This document shows positions 1 to 11,793 of a DNA stretch of 64,000 nt, in pieces. Numbering within the stretch: position 1 is the stretch's first letter; each line of letters opens with the position of its first letter. Origin of the DNA: Octopus sinensis (taxonomy: Eukaryota). The stretch spans positions 48,112,001 to 48,176,000 of the forward strand of contig NC_043009.1 in assembly GCF_006345805.1 (NCBI RefSeq). Reading direction: 5' to 3'. A program made the translations under genes and the position numbers. The notes beneath the pieces are model-generated. The model had not been told where the DNA came from, made no database searches, and was given only the letters and a program-made list of their open reading frames with translations.

Positions 1-176
1 ATGGAGGTGGTGGAACAAACGCACTCACACACACACATACACACACGTATATATATGACGAGATTCTTTCAGTTTCCGTCTACCAAATTCACTCACAAGG
101 CTTTGATCGGCCTGAGGCTAAAGCAGAAGACACTTGCCCAAGGTGCCACAGAGTGGGACTGAACCCGGGACCATGA
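1..176 (-). mobile_element. Family C SINE fragment (tRNA-like head, CORE-like CCTTGGGCAAG box, internal dinucleotide tract)
   Basis: Reverse complement matches the full copy at 2227-2647 (gaagacacttgcccaaggtgccac...gggactgaacccgg). Confidence 0.85.
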
Positions 177-200
177 TATATGTAAATATATACTTAAAGA

Positions 201-518
201 GTGCAGGCGCGTGGTTTAGTGGTTAGGGTTATAAGGTCACGAGTTCGATTTCCGGCGGTGCGTTGTGTCCTGGAGCAAGACGCATTTTTTAAAATGTTAC
301 TCCAGTCGACTCAGCTAGCAAAAATGAGTAGTACCTGTAATTCCAAAGGGTCAGCCTTGTCACATTCGGTGTGTCACGCTGAACCTCTCCGAGAACTACG
401 TTAAGAGTACGCGAGACCTGTGGAAGGCTCAGCCACTTGGACACTTATTTCACGAGCAGGCTGTTCCGTTGATCGGATGATCAACTGGAACCCTCGTCGT
501 CGTAACCGTCAGAGTGCC
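201..518 (+). mobile_element. tRNA-derived SINE, head B + tail 1
   Basis: Pol III A box tggtttagtgg and B box gttcgattt; body tgtgtcctggagcaagac; 3' half matches the tail of 14761-15145. Confidence 0.85.
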
Positions 519-599
519 AATTATTCTTACACATAGACACATATGTACGCATACGTGTGCGTGTGTATATCTTTATCTTTTCCTTTTTTTTTTTGTTTC

Positions 600-760
600 A
601 GACACTGGATTACGATTGAACGAAGAAACCCCAAAGGATACTTTTTTTAAAAAGTCTGTTATTTATTCTACGGTCTCTTTTGCGGACGTAAATAAACCAA
701 CAGCAGTTGTCAAGCGGTGGTGATGGTGGTATGTGTAGACACAAAGACATACATACATAC
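600..760 (-). mobile_element. Family C SINE 3' fragment, degenerate
   Basis: atttattctacggtctcttttgc...gttgtcaagcggtggtg matches the family C tail region. Confidence 0.65.
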
Positions 761-784
761 GTTTGTAAATCTGTCTGTCTGCCC

Positions 785-965
<181 letters not shown>

Positions 966-1055
966 CGTGCCTGAGGTACGACGACGATCTCGAGGCGAAC
1001 CTGGGTGTCGACGAGGAATACCTGACTCGCCTGTTCAAGACGACTTTCAGGCCGG

Positions 1056-1368
1056 GACCCTTCATTCATGAATGATTATGGAATTGCACCTAGAAAGTTA
1101 CCCTCCAAGGTACAAGTCCGGGCAAGGTTTTTTTATGGAAGATCAATGGTTGCCCATGCATATCAGCCTCCTCTCTCCACACCACCAATGTTATCCAAGG
1201 GAAAAGTAAAGACCGATACAGCTTGGCACCAGTGACATCACAACTCATTTCTACAGCTGAGTGAACTGGAGCAACGTGAAATAAACACGCAACCCTGTTT
1301 GGGAATCGAACTCACAATCGCGTGATTGTAAGCTCGATGCTCTAACCACTGAGCCATGTTCCTTCACC
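1056..1368 (-). mobile_element. tRNA-derived SINE, head B + tail 3
   Basis: Reverse complement aligns with 49884-50220 (ttgcacctagaaag, cagcttggcaccagtgacat, cagctgagtgaactggagcaacgtgaaat). Confidence 0.85.
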
Positions 1369-1881
1369 AAATTGTCTTCTCACAACCCACATAAAACCAG
1401 CAGCTGTTAAATGTATAAGGAAAATAGGAACAAGTACTTTAAATAATATCCAATACAAAGAAATGACTGTTGATGTTGTTGTTGTTGTTGTTGTTATGCT
1501 CTAGATTAACCTTTATGTAAAAACATTCCAAGTGTGACCATCTTGTTTATTTTTATGACGATCACTAAGTCTACATAATCTGATATGTTCTTTCAATTAT
1601 TAATGTTAATGAATGATTTGAGGAAGAATTAGTCGCTATTTCTAGCAAGCTAAGCTCATTTGGTGGCTCCTACACATCATCACTTGTAGTTGTTGTTGCT
1701 ACTGTAGTTCTAGTAGTAGTTGTAGTAGCAGCAGCAGTAGTAGTCATCATTATTGTTGTAGTTGTTGTAGTAGTGGTGGTGGTGTGGTGGTGGTGACGGT
1801 GGTAATAACTGTAGTAGCAGTAGTTGTTGTTCTCTAAACCTAGGTCAGCCTGATCTGATTGAGTAAGCCTATGATCAAAGT

Positions 1882-2130
1882 GGGGAGGTGCGTAGCTTAG
1901 TGGTTAGGGTGTTGGACTCATGATCATAAGAGTGTGGTTTCAATCCTGGACCGGGCGATGCATTGTATTCTTGAGCAAAACACTTCATTTCACGTTCCTC
2001 CAGTCTACTCAGCTGGCAAAAATGAGTAATCCCACGACGGACCGGCGTCCCATCTAGGTGAGGGAATTTCTACACTACTGAAACCGGGAAACCAGCCCTT
2101 ATGAGCCTGGCATGGCTCTAGAAGGAAACA
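1882..2130 (+). mobile_element. tRNA-derived SINE, head B + tail 2
   Basis: tagcttagtggttagggtgttggactcatgatc head; tail gaccggcgtccc...gaaaccgggaaaccagccctt shared with the copies at 29257 and 30376. Confidence 0.87.
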
Positions 2131-2226
2131 CTATTATCAAAGTAATTTCCAGCAGCGTCTTCAGACACAGTGTATCAAGGTCTACAAAATCCAATGTATC
2201 TTTCCCATTTTTTTTATAAAGACTCA

Positions 2227-2647
2227 GGAGTAGGAGTGGCTGTGTGGTAAGTAGCTTGCTTACCAACCACATGGTTCCAGGTTCAGTCCCACTGTGTGGC
2301 ACTTTGGGCAAGTGTCTTCTATTAAAGCCTTGGGCCGACCAAAGCCTTGTGAGTGGATTTGGTAGATGTAAACCGAAAGAAGCCCGTCGTATATATGCAT
2401 ATATATGTATGTGTGTGTATATGTTTGTGTGTCTGTATTTGTCCCATCCAACATCGCTTGACAACCGATGCTGGTGTGTTTAAATTCCTGTGGCTTAGTG
2501 GTTCGGCAAAAGAGACCAATAGAATAAGTACTAGGCTTACAAAGAATAAGTCCTGGGGTTGACTTGCTCGACTAAAGGCAGTGCTCCAGCATGACCACAG
2601 TCAAATGACTGAAACAAGTAAAAGAGTAAAAGAGAGAGTAAAGAGTA
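2227..2647 (+). mobile_element. Family C SINE, near full length (octopus OK/OR-type tRNA SINE; exact family name unverified)
   Basis: tggctgtgtggtaag head, ggttcagtccc B box, ctttgggcaagtgtcttct body, internal TA/TG tract, tail gtgctccagcatg...gactgaaacaag(taaaagag)n. Confidence 0.92.
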
Positions 2648-2759
2648 TGGTTTGAGGGAGAGATCGCAACTATTTCTAAAAGGTCAAGTGAGCACAAGAT
2701 GCTCCTTCATTTACTTGTGACGCATCGATTGATTGAAATGGTTGATGCTGTTCATAAAA

Positions 2760-3140
2760 GGAAACTTAGTTCTTATCCTAATGACCACAGCTGTAATTAG
2801 GAAAAGTCTGCACTGTCCGCAGCAGGATTCATTAATAGGTTCATTTAGCAGAAATGGATCCAACAGCATACATGTAAATGACCCCATAAAATGGGGTTTT
2901 AAGTAGAATATGGAAACAGGAGGATAGAGACAAGGATAGACACAATTGGTTGAAGGTGATTGGAGTGGAATGGCTGTAGAACTTCATCAGAAAATTTGCC
3001 TCTTGGGAATCAGGAAAGATTATGAGTAGGATTTTGAGCACATGAGAGGTTATTGAAAGCTTCTTGATACCTAAGGTCACAGGTAGTACTCATTACCCAC
3101 ATAAGTTCTATCAGAAAAATGAACAAACCTGCGTCAAGTT
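2760..3140 (+). mobile_element. R4/Dong-clade LINE 3' end, degenerate
   Basis: Encodes VELHQKICLLG/SGKIMSRILST* (cf. LQKAxLLGTARILRKVL C-terminus of RLE LINEs), then a short 3' UTR and (TAA)n. Confidence 0.65.
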
Positions 3141-3193
3141 CAATAACAATAATAATAATAACAATAATAACAATAATAATAATAATAATAATG

Positions 3194-3250
<57 letters not shown>

Positions 3251-3254
3251 TAAT
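3141..3254. repeat. (TAA)n microsatellite
   Basis: Direct observation. Confidence 0.97.
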
Positions 3255-3907
3255 AAAGCAAGACACGACAGAGTCGGCCAGTATTTACATTGGACAATAT
3301 GTCGGCATAATAAAATCAAAACCGCTGACAAATGGTATAAACACCATCCTGAAGCTGAAGGGAGAAAAAGTGTCGATTCTATGGGACTTCCCTGTACAGA
3401 CCGACAAGACTATAAAAGCTAATAAACCGGATATTATTATAAAAGATCAGACAAAAAAGATTTGTTTATTAATTGACATGAGTATTCCTTGCGATCACAA
3501 TATAGCGGCGAAAGAATTTGACAAGATTAGTAAATATAAAGACTTGCTAAAAGAAATTGAAAAAATGTGTCATCTCAAGGCGACTACAGTACCAGTGATT
3601 GTAGTATCTCTTGGAATGATAAAAAAAGGTACTGAAACCTATTTGAGAATGATTCCAGGCTTACCATCCCTACAGGAAGTGTAAAAAATCGTATTAACTG
3701 GAACGGCTCATGTACTGAGAAGAGCATTATCGCTGTGAAAACAACATCCATCCAAGAATTTATTTATTTATTAATTTTTAAATACATATTTTATCTGTGA
3801 ATTTGCGTGTGTAATCTGGGAATGCATACAATGAGCTTCCCTGCCCTAGGTGTATGGAAAACACTTGGCAAGAAACGGAAGAAAATTTGAAGAAAGAAGG
3901 AAAAAGC

Positions 3908-3909
<2 letters not shown>
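3253..3909 (+). mobile_element. 5'-truncated R4/Dong-clade LINE with restriction-like endonuclease domain
   Basis: KARHDRVGQYLHWTICRH...WYKHHPE, frameshift near 3360, then ILWDFPVQTDKTIKANKPDIIIKD...LIDMSIP...KISKYKDL, in-frame stop at 3682, KIVLTGTAHVLRRALSL* ending 3738. Flanked by (TAA)n on both sides. Confidence 0.92.
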
Positions 3910-3938
<29 letters not shown>

Positions 3939-3950
3939 TAATAATAATAA

Positions 3951-4160
3951 TCCTTTTTACTATAGGCACAAGGCCTAAAATTTGGGGGTCGGGGATAAGT
4001 TAGTTATACTGACCCCAGTGTTTCACTGGTACTTAATTTATTGACCCCGAAAGGTTGAAAGGCAAAGTCAACCTTGGAAGAATTTGAACTCAGAACGTAA
4101 AGGACGTACTATTGCTAAGTATTTCACCTGGCATGCTAACAAATCTGCCAGCTCACCACC
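3951..4160 (-). mobile_element. Family D SINE (Meta/MESC-like central domain gcctttcatcctttcggggtcgataaa), tail b
   Basis: ccccgaaaggttgaaaggcaaagtcaaccttggaagaatttgaactcagaacg is the reverse complement of the family D body. Confidence 0.85.
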
Positions 4161-4183
4161 TAATAATAATGATAAAAATAAAG

Positions 4184-4222
<39 letters not shown>

Positions 4223-4223
<1 letters not shown>

Positions 4224-4713
4224 GTACATTGTTTTGTCTTGGTATAAAAGATGGTCTACAGCAAATATTGTGCTCAATACCACAGATTTGCTTGTCAGTT
4301 GTTTGACCTTAACCAGTTGAGCATGTCCCTTAGTGGCTGATGATATGTGCATCTCTGATCCCGAGCAGCAGTAGTGGGGGAGCATCATAACCATGTGTTG
4401 AGAGGAATTCTTTGAGGTTTGGATAATTCACCTTTGGAAACATGGGTGTTTCGTTCAACATCCTCAAACAACCCTTATTCAGGGACCTTTTGAGCAGGAT
4501 GGGCTACTCGACCTGAAGAAAATTCTAACAGTGCCCCACCTGCAAGGTCATGTCCTGTTTATCTTGATATGAGATCACCAGGTCGTGCACATATGGTTGT
4601 GATGCATGTGCCTGGTGTACCCTTGTCAGACAGGTAGTCATGCTGGGTATACTGGGCTTCGTATATTTTACCCCAGTGTCACTTTGGTGGCATGCACTGC
4701 TCTCTCTCTCTCA
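4223..4713 (+). mobile_element. Non-coding retroelement 3' segment embedded in (TAA)n (probable Dong-type 3' UTR)
   Basis: Flanked by TAA arrays on both sides; last ~105 bp recur at 61680-61786 with the same 3' junction. Confidence 0.7.
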
Positions 4714-4718
4714 ATAAC

Positions 4719-4792
<74 letters not shown>

Positions 4793-4809
4793 TAATAATA
4801 GTTAATAAT

Positions 4810-5168
4810 CCTTTCTATTAAAGGCTCAAGACCTTTAAAGGGAGGGGACTAGTTGGTTTCACTGGTACTTAATTTTATTGTCCCTGAAAGGACAAAAGAT
4901 AAAGTTGATTGAGGTTGAATTTGAACTCAGAACTTTCACCTGGTATGCTAATGATTCTGTTTGGTTTTTGATTTAAGCATAAGGTCAGCAATTTTTAGAA
5001 AAATGGGTGTAATATTATCGCTTCTAACACTCGACTGGTTCTTTATTTTATTGATCCTGGAAGAATGCAAGGTAAAGGTGACTTTAGTGGGGTTTGAACT
5101 CAGAATATAAAGAGCCAGAACAAATGCCACAAGCATTTTTCCTGACACTCTATGATTTTGCCGCCACC
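4810..5168 (-). mobile_element. Two degenerate family D SINE copies
   Basis: actggtacttaattttattg...tttgaactcagaa motif occurs twice. Confidence 0.7.
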
Positions 5169-5609
5169 ACTAGCAGCAACACTATGACGACCACACCACC
5201 CCGATCATTATTACTCCAACAACAACAAAAATGGCAACACCAACATCTACAACAATAACAACAAAACACACTTGTCTCCCTTTTTTCTCTACTATTCTCT
5301 CCCCCTCTCTCTCTTTCTATGACTCACCTCTTCACCAACCATTTTTCTTTCATCTCATCTCATATCAATCTCACATTTTCCTTCATGATAACATTTAATT
5401 ACCAAGCTGAATTCCTAACCAAAGTCAGATTTCCTCAGGCCAATATCATTTGCAGCATCGTTCCATAACCTCTGTCCGGTTTCTATCTTGCTGCTAGCGC
5501 CACTCATCTTGATGATCCATAATTTCATAATTTTCAGCCTCAATTCTATCTTGTTAATAATAAGTATTGAATAGCTTTTGGTAAGTCTTTGTGGAACTTG
5601 GCCAGAATA

Positions 5610-5976
5610 TATGTATACACATATGTACACACATGCACGTACACGCACGCATGCACGTACACACACACATCATTTATATGAACATATACAAATAAAGGCA
5701 AATATAAATAAATATTTGTGTGTGAGTGTGTGCCTATACATGCATATATATATGTGTGTGCGTGTGTGCATATATGTATATATATATGTATGTATGTACA
5801 TGTATATATATATGTATGTATATGTACATATATGTATGTATATGTATATATATATATATGTATGTATGTGTATATATATATGTATATGTATATATACATG
5901 TATGCATGTATATACACATACATATATATGTATATTTATGTATATGTATATATATATGTATATGTATATATATATG

Positions 5977-6007
<31 letters not shown>

Positions 6008-6072
6008 GTATATATACATGTATGTATGTATACATACATATGTAAATGAAAATATGTATATACTTACATTGA

Positions 6073-6121
<49 letters not shown>

Positions 6122-6148
6122 ATATATATATACATATATATACATACA

Positions 6149-6179
<31 letters not shown>

Positions 6180-6245
6180 GAATGGACATGCATATGTGCT
6201 TATGCACCAGTTTACACATAGGCATGCACATGTGCACATACACAA
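5610..6245. repeat. TA/TG/TACA compound microsatellite field
   Basis: Direct observation. Confidence 0.95.
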
Positions 6246-6435
6246 AATTCCATAGAAAAAGAAATCTGAAGACACTTAAAATTACTTTCAACAAACTTCT
6301 ACATTTTCGTCAATTTACATTTTATTTTAAATGGTGTATTAAGAGGAAGAATCGTATTATAATATAACAGTGTTATTTGCTATGTTTTAACAAGGGAAAC
6401 TCTATTAAACAATGTATATTGTATCAATTATATAT

Positions 6436-6620
6436 CATCTTCATCACTTAACGTCTACCTTCCATGCTGGCATGGGTGGAACGGTTTGAAGGGAACTGGC
6501 CTGCACCAAACTTCTGCAACTGTTTTGGCAGGATTTTTACTGCTGGATGCCCTTCTTAACACCAACCACTCACCAGAGTGGACTTAGTACTTTTTCCATG
6601 GCACAAACACATCGTACTGC
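6436..6620 (-). mobile_element. Degenerate short copy of the RTE-related non-autonomous element at 6828-7225
   Basis: ttccatgctggcatgggt and ctggatgcccttcttaacaccaaccact are shared. Confidence 0.7.
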
Positions 6621-6827
6621 CCAGGTGTCAAAACCATAATGATATCCGTGTGGCAGCTGATGATGGAGGTATGTTGGATTGTTGGAATGGCTGTTTTTGT
6701 ATTTGTGGAATAGTGTTATAACACATCGTTTTTTTAAATCTATAAATTCATAAATATTCAATTGTTATGATGAAGAGCCATGAGAAAGAAAAATCTAGAT
6801 GGTATGAACTGATGCTTACATGCTCAG

Positions 6828-7225
6828 TATCATCATCATCATCATCATCATCATCGTTTAATGTCCACTTTCCATGCTAGCATGGGTTGGACGATTCAAC
6901 TGGGGTCTAAGAAGCCCGAAGGCTGCACCAAGCCAGTCAGATCTGGCAGTGTTTCTACAGCTGGATGCCCTTCCTAATGCCAACCACTCCGTGTGTGTAG
7001 TGGGTGCTTTTTATGTGCCACCGACACAGGTGCCAGACGAGGCTGGCGAACGGCCACACTCGGATGGTGGTTTTTATATGCCACCGGCACGGAGGCCAGG
7101 CGGGGCTGGCATTGGCCACGATCGGATGATGTTTGTTATGTGCCACGAGCACGGAGGCCAGTTGATGCGGTGCTGGCTACGGCTACGTTTGGATGGTTCT
7201 CTTATGTGCCACCGGCACTGGTACC
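6828..7225 (-). mobile_element. RTE-related non-autonomous retroelement with (GAT)n tail and internal ~63-bp tandem repeats
   Basis: Minus strand carries ggttggcattaggaagggcatccagctgtagaaac (RTE-type UTR motif) and ends gcatggaaagtggacattaaacgatgatgatg; four ttatgtgccaccggcac-like units. Confidence 0.75.
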
Positions 7226-7478
7226 ACAACTACAAATTCCATTGATGTTGATTGATTTCGATTTTGATTTGATTTTTTGATTTGTATGTAATTGTTTAAA
7301 CCTCTGAGCCATTTCACAACACGTGTTAATGATGATGAAGTTGATAAATTATCTGTAAAGAATGAATCATTATTTTAAAGAAAATCTTCTTTTAATACAA
7401 TAACAACTACAAGAATACTAAGAGAATAAAAGAAACCAAAAATATTGATAAAATGCGTGTTTGCCTGTCTCTCTCCAT

Positions 7479-7479
<1 letters not shown>

Positions 7480-7509
<30 letters not shown>

Positions 7510-8280
7510 CATGTATATATGCATGTATTTATATATATGTATATATATATATTCTTTCATTATTTTATTCTTTTATTTGTTTTGCCATGCTGGAGCACTG
7601 CCGCTTTAGTTGAAGAAATTGACCCCTAGACTTATTCTTTCTAAGCCTGGTACTTACTCTATCGGTCTCTTTTGCTGTTACATTATGTATTTTGTATATG
7701 TATATATATTATATATATATATATAATATATATATTATATATATATATATATGTGTCAGTGTGTATGTATGTGCATATATATATACATATATACATACAT
7801 ATATAGATACACACACATGCACACACACACACACACACACACAGAGATATTTATATATATATATATCCACATATTTTTTTCAAATATATATATATATATA
7901 TACATAATTTTTTTCAAGTATGAACATTTAATAATTAAGAAATATGTAATTACCAGCATTTCTTTAAGATTCAAACAATATATAACAAATTTTTTTTGTA
8001 TTCTTTGAGAATTTGAAAATGAAAATGAATAAATGACTAACAAAAAGAAACATTGACAATAACAACAAGTAACTAATCACTTATTTGTTATATATATATA
8101 TATACACACACACACACGCACATATATATATATATATAGTATATATATATATATATGTACATCTATATATATGTATATGTATATATGAATATATATGTGT
8201 TTATGTGTGTATATATATATATATACATACATACATACATACACACACATGCACACATCCACACCTGCACACACATATTG
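7480..8280. repeat. TA/CA microsatellite field containing a family C tail fragment (7560-7680, minus)
   Basis: Direct observation; gccatgctggagcactgcc motif. Confidence 0.85.
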
Positions 8281-8770
8281 TTTGTTTGTCATAAATAATA
8301 CATGAAATTGAATCAGTGTTCTATGAAACTGGTGAAAAAAATATAGATAAAGCTCAGAGATTTTATTTGTCATAAAGGTCGTTACAGCGGACGAAAATTA
8401 CAAAATTACAAAATTACAAAATTACAAGAAAAATATAAAAAAATGAAAGAAAAGTGAAAGAAAATGAGAAGACAAGAGGAGTGAATGAGAATAAATGAAG
8501 AAGAAGAATAGAGAATGGAGATAGTGTTAAGTGTGGGGGGGGGGAAATTGAGAAATATTATTATAAAAAAAAGAGGCAAATACTATCATCCAGAGGATAG
8601 CGGGCAGTGTGTGTGTGGGGGGGGGGAGGGGGGGAGATGATGAAAACAAATAACTAAAAAAATGTCATTTGTATATGTTATACACTAATACATACACTCA
8701 TACATACACATACTTGCACATATCCCCCACCAATTCCTGTGTAATTAAATGTGTGTATGTGTGTGTAACA

Positions 8771-8807
<37 letters not shown>

Positions 8808-8825
8808 GTCTGTCTATCTATATAA

Positions 8826-8981
8826 GCACAAGAGTGGCTGTGTGGTAAGAAGCTTGCTTCCCAACAACATGGTCCTGAGTTCAGTCCTACTGCATGGCAC
8901 CTTGGGCAAGTGTCTTCTAAAATAATAAAATAACCTTGTGATTGGATTTGGCAGACGGAAACTTAAAGAAACCCATCATAA

Positions 8982-9020
<39 letters not shown>

Positions 9021-9328
9021 ATCACCGTGACTGACCAGACTATCAAATGTTGCTACACATCGCTGGTCACAATGCGCTTCGCATTGTTTTAGCCTTCAAA
9101 TGACACCACCTCGCTGGCTAAACGAGCAGGCCAATATATATATATATATATATATGTATGTGTATATGTGTGTGTGTGTGTGTGTGTCTGTGTGTCTGTG
9201 TGTCTGTGTGTTTGTGTGTCTGTGTTTGTCTCCCCATCACCACTTGACAACCTGTAACTTAGCGGTTCAGCAAAAGAGACTGATAAATTAAGTATCAGGC
9301 TTAAGAAATAAGTTCTTGGGTCGAGTCA
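8826..9328 (+). mobile_element. Family C SINE interrupted by a tail-4 insertion
   Basis: Head at 8826-8980, body resumes at 9135 and continues to taacttagcggttcagcaaaagagac. Confidence 0.85.
9022..9134 (-). mobile_element. 5'-truncated tail-4 retroposon inserted in a (TA)n tract
   Basis: Reverse complement of 57513-57626 (gaaggctaaaacaatgcgaagcgcattgtgaccagcgatgtgt). Confidence 0.88.
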
Positions 9329-9334
9329 TTTGGT

Positions 9335-9445
9335 CAGTCCAAGGCTATAGCAGATGACACTTGTTCAAGGTGCCACGCAGTGAGACTGAACCCGGAACCA
9401 TGTGATTCGGAGGCAAGTTTCTTACCACACAGTCACACCTGTACC
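9335..9445 (-). mobile_element. Family C SINE head fragment
   Basis: caaggtgccacgcagtgagactgaacccggaaccatgtg...cttaccacacagtcac. Confidence 0.82.
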
Positions 9446-9710
9446 TATATATATATACATGTATATAGACACATACGTACATATATTTCTCTCTATATAT
9501 ATATATGTATATGTGTTTATATATAAATACATGTACATATATCTATATATCTCTATACCTGTGGGCACACACATAGTATAATATACATGGGAATATACAT
9601 ACATACATACATATATATATATATCATCATCGTCATATATATATATATATATGTATACTTTATATATATTCATACATATGTATGTATATGTATATATGAA
9701 TGTATGTGTG

Positions 9711-9762
<52 letters not shown>

Positions 9763-9839
9763 GCATATGTATATACATATGTATATATATGTATATATAT
9801 ATACATATGTATATATATATATATATCTATATACATATG

Positions 9840-9925
<86 letters not shown>

Positions 9926-11011
9926 TATATATATGCATATATATATATGTATATAGATATGTATATGCTTATATCTGGTGTATTATAATATGCATGTTTT
10001 ATATACACTCACATATATACATGTCTATATATGTATATTACACACACACACTCACATATATGTGTGTGTTTATGTATAAGAGTAGTTGTGTCCATATGAA
10101 TATATGCTCATATTGTGTGTATACGAAAATTTTTGTCACCAGAGAAAAAAATTAAATTATAAAAAAATAAAAGAAAGGAGGAGATAAAGAGGAGGAAGAA
10201 CAAAAGAAATGAAGTGGAATGAGATAAAAAAAAAATAATTAAATATAAACAAAATGATAAAAAAAACAAAAACTTCCAGAAGTCCTTGGTGTTGGGTATA
10301 AAGAAATAAAAGTTTTTGGGAAAATTGGTTTGTGATACAAACTCATGTAAACCGTGGTATACATATACACATACACGTATATATACATACACATACACAA
10401 AATCCAAAACACACACATACACAGACACAGACCAACTTATACGTATGCATACACATCTATGCATAGATACACACACACATGAACAGATATGTTCAAAGAC
10501 GTGTTGCATATAATCAGACGGTGTTCCACAATTGAGGCAGTATTTTAAACGTTTTTATATTGAAAAACCTGAATAACAAATGAGATACAATATCTCTCTC
10601 TCTCTCTTACTCTTCATCTCGCGCTGCTCACTCTCTCTTTCTCACTCTTGCTCTCTTACTCTCTCTAGTATGCTCTCTCTTTGCTATGTCCTCTTGTTCA
10701 CTTTTCTATCTGTGTGTGTGTGTGTGTGTATGGGTGCATATATATATATATATATATTGTATGTGTCATTTTGTGTATGCCTAAATTAGTGTATATCTGT
10801 TAGTGCATTTTAACATCATATATATATATTTGTGTGTGTGTGTGTGTATATATATATGTGTATATATCTACACATATACACATGTATATATACATATATA
10901 TGTAATTACATAAAAATACATACATACATGCATACATACATGCATATATATATACACACGTATGTATATATGTAAGTATATCTATGCTGTGCATGTATGT
11001 ATGTATGTATG

Positions 11012-11055
<44 letters not shown>

Positions 11056-11300
11056 CTCAGGCACATACACAAACAACATATATATATTCATACATATACG
11101 TTGCCTTGTGTATGTGTATAAGTAATTTTTATACATATTTATGTGTATGTGTGTGCATGTATGTAAGTATGTCTGTCTTTCTGTATATGTACATATATAT
11201 ATAATATATAATATATATATAATATACAACATACATACATACATACATATATATATGTATGTATATATATGTATATACAGATATACACACACACATCTGC
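9446..11300. repeat. Extended TA/TG/CA/CT low-complexity field
   Basis: Direct observation, with short unique AT-rich spacers. Confidence 0.9.
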
Positions 11301-11747
11301 AACTAACAGTGTGTGGGTGTGTTAAAACATTTTACTTAAATTTTCAAGAAAATGCTAGCGGTAAAAAAAAATTAAAAATTGAATGAAGAATATTCATTAA
11401 AGCAATTTAAGTGGGTACTTCATCTAAAGTCTTTTGTTTTGAAAAATTTTTCCAATCATATCCAGTCTCTTCTCTTTCTTTCTTCCTTCCTTTTGTAATT
11501 TGTTGTTGTTATTTTATGACATTATTCTATGTAAATTCTGCGTATGTCTACAGATTATATAAATAATAAATTGACAAATTATAACAAGTTTCCGAAGGAC
11601 AATGGTTCTAGTCCCACCATCAACAATGTGTTGTGTGCTGGTAATGGGCTGTCTCCATGGTCAAGATTGGAAATGTTGACTACTTCCTTCCACATAGCCT
11701 ATAGTAGCATAGCTGACTGCTACATATATTTTGTAATTCATGTTGTG

Positions 11748-11793
<46 letters not shown>

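Noticed and set aside
3064-3684. 206-aa ORF as a host gene
   Set aside because: Chance fusion of one LINE 3' UTR, a TAA array and a frameshifted Dong endonuclease fragment.
5546-6294. Long YI/CV/HT-rich ORFs here and throughout the window
   Set aside because: Translations of TA/TG/CA microsatellites, which lack stop codons; no protein-like complexity.
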